Assembly (NCBI GenBank): GCA_037379345.1
Contig: CM074516.1
Span: forward strand, 30,479,626 to 30,543,625
From: Perna viridis
Taxonomy: Eukaryota
DNA: 64,000 nt
Direction of reading: 5' to 3'
Position 1 is the first letter of the stretch. Each line of letters opens with the position of its first letter. Below the pieces are notes generated by a model that was not told where the DNA came from, did not search any database, and worked only from the letters and a program-made list of their open reading frames with translations. Positions 61,693 to 64,000 of the stretch are shown in pieces. The position numbers and the translations under genes were made by a program.

Positions 61693-62674
61693 GTATTTAC
61701 CCACTTGTATGTTAGGTCAAGGTCACTTTCAATAAAAAATTATTTTTATATGAAAAAAATTGGTTTATATCACTGATTTAGTTTGGCTTTGATAAAATTT
61801 GTACTGATGAGAGTTAGTTACATGAAGACATCTATTAAATTGATTCAGTAGGTCAAAGTTCAACGTTGCCACTCATTAAAATGAAATCAAATGAAAAATG
61901 TACAGGTGTACTTTATTCAAAATATGTGCAAATTTCAGTTACTCCTTGAAACATATGTACAACATACCCTAATTTGCAATATATATATATATGATTTGTA
62001 TTTTGAATTTCTCTGCTTTGCATTTATTCTGGACATAAATATGATTAAGAAGAAGTAAATTGAAAAACTGCAAAAAAAAACAAATGAGATAACCAAAATA
62101 GCTTTTAAAGGATATTGATGGATCCCTTTGGGAGATAAATTGCTATTTGCAATTTTGCATTTTACAGAAATAGAAATTTAAAGAAGCCTTCAATTTGTAC
62201 CACTTTAATAACTTGTGAAAACTCCGCATGATTTTGTTTTATTTATGACGTCAAAGTTTATTTTCAAATCTAGATAAGCATGAATTTCAACTTGAAATTA
62301 TCTTAAGCACATGCTCCATTCTATGCATTTCTGCAACACATTTTAAAATTCTTCCGAGGAAAATATATTGCTTGATTATTTTGTAATTTATATATGTTGT
62401 ATTTCATAATATGTCGTCTCAGAAAATTCATTAACAAGATAAACTTTATTTGTTTTATGCAATAAGAAAATATTTTTAATCAGAGTGAAATATATTTCAT
62501 ATTATCCTGAAATAAATTTCGAGTGTATGATTCAATTTGATAAGGAGTCAGCCCTGTATACCACCTGTGAAGCCGAAAGCTTATGCATCCGGGGCTTCTA
62601 GTACAATATAATAGAGTATTATACAAGTCCACATAAAGTTCAGACACTGCCAATGGTAAAGTGATTAATGGTGA

Positions 62675-62967
62675 AGAAAAACCCACCAAACAAACGATGC
62701 TTTTTCAGTCTACATATGCTATACTTTCACATAACAGCAATCTTTTCTGCTTTCAGCTTTCTGCTTTTAAGAAAATCATACATTCATCTCCCACTAAAAT
62801 CAACCAAATGAAGCCAAATCAAGAATGATAACTCTTCCAAAGTGCAAATTTTATGTGCAATCTATATGATTTTTATCTCCAAAGCACAACAACCTAATGA
62901 AAAATTAAGACTGGTTATGTGATCAGTAACGGTTTCTGAACAAGAAATAAGACTGAATTTTGTGGGT
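62675..62967 (+). repeat. Dispersed repeat of about 300 bp, copy 2
   Basis: Colinear with 54495-54790. Confidence 0.88.
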
Positions 62968-63556
62968 TTTTGACATGCATGAATCACCTTCTGTCTGATA
63001 TTTAGAAAGACTACTACTTAATCATTGTCTATGTTACATTCCATTATCAGAGGCATTGAAGCTTTGATAGGCCAATAAGAAATGCTGAGTCCTTTGTAGA
63101 ATTTTGGTTTATATGTCCAATCCATCCATCTTTTTATGAGGCTGTAATTCAACATCCCTGAATTTTAAATGTGTAAGGATATAAACTGTGTAATTTTTTA
63201 TGAACTAACTACCCAAAATATGTTAAAATATGTCAAAAACTGACCAATTGATATGAATTCAAACTGGGCATCTATACAGGGCCAATATGAAAAAAGAGGG
63301 CAAATATGGATCAAACCAGGGCCAATACAGCATCATAACTTCCGGTCGTTTAACACCGTTATTTTGAGATGGAATTGGATTTCATGAACTTTGATCATCA
63401 GCACTAAAAGCTGCAGAAACTAAAAAAAAATCTTCCATTTTATACAAAAAGGATATTTAAGACTGATTAATACAAATAAACCTACATGTTTTTGGTAAAA
63501 CACGAAAAAAACTGTTCTACAAATCATCTAGTTGAGTTGGTTAATAAAATTGTCAA

Positions 63557-63719
63557 TTAATATGTAGTTTCATATTGGCCCTGTTATAGGTTTCGGTCAA
63601 TCATATTGGCCTCGACAACCATATTGGCCCTCAGTGATGCCCCGGGACCAATACAACTGCCTCGACCAATATGACAGACTTCAAACCTATAACAGGGCCA
63701 ATATGAAATTACATATTAA
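63557..63719. mobile_element. Palindromic MITE-like element (37-bp arms) with internal catattggcc repeats
   Basis: ttaatatgtagtttcatattggccctgttataggttt / aaacctataacagggccaatatgaaattacatattaa, 1 mismatch; related motif cagggccaata at about 63277 and 63317. Confidence 0.85.
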
Positions 63720-64000
63720 CACATAGTAGTGCCCCGGCACCAAAACTGTTGGCATGTGTCATTACTGGTAGTTGTTCCATCACAATTGTTGTCATGGAAA
63801 TTTAAGTTGCAAAATACTTTAAAAAGATAATTATTAAAAAAAGCAATTCCCAACTAAATAAAACAATAAATTTAACTATACTATAAAATGGATACCCACA
63901 AGTTATATTGCATACCAAAAGTCAGAGTAAAACACATCTAGACTTGAACTGCTTATCTTATTTCTGTCATAATCATTAAACAAGAAATTAACAAAAAAAT

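Overview
AT-rich animal genomic DNA. The repeat families suggest a bivalve mollusc, Mytilus-like (inference). The window holds the 5' part of one large intron-rich gene on the + strand, a NELL1/NELL2-like (protein kinase C-binding protein NELL) gene. Eleven coding exons (11195-61692, 1306 nt, about 435 aa) splice in frame with GT-AG boundaries. They encode a signal peptide, a TSP-N/LamG domain, a CPTC-bounded coiled coil, two VWC domains and the first EGF-like domain; the gene continues past the window end. Upstream are a decayed CR1-type LINE (1-2600), a 129-N assembly gap and a 43-bp minisatellite. The introns contain Helentron/HINE-like elements, TTAA-flanked and other MITEs, SINE pieces, long palindromes and many tandem arrays. 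Most ORFs in the supplied track are spurious. I found no convincing new multi-gene system. The best second-look items are five tandem copies of the first coding exon's splice donor, stacked uORFs, a sharp loss of CpG near 15.3 kb, and a 59-bp satellite apparently amplified from inside a SINE.
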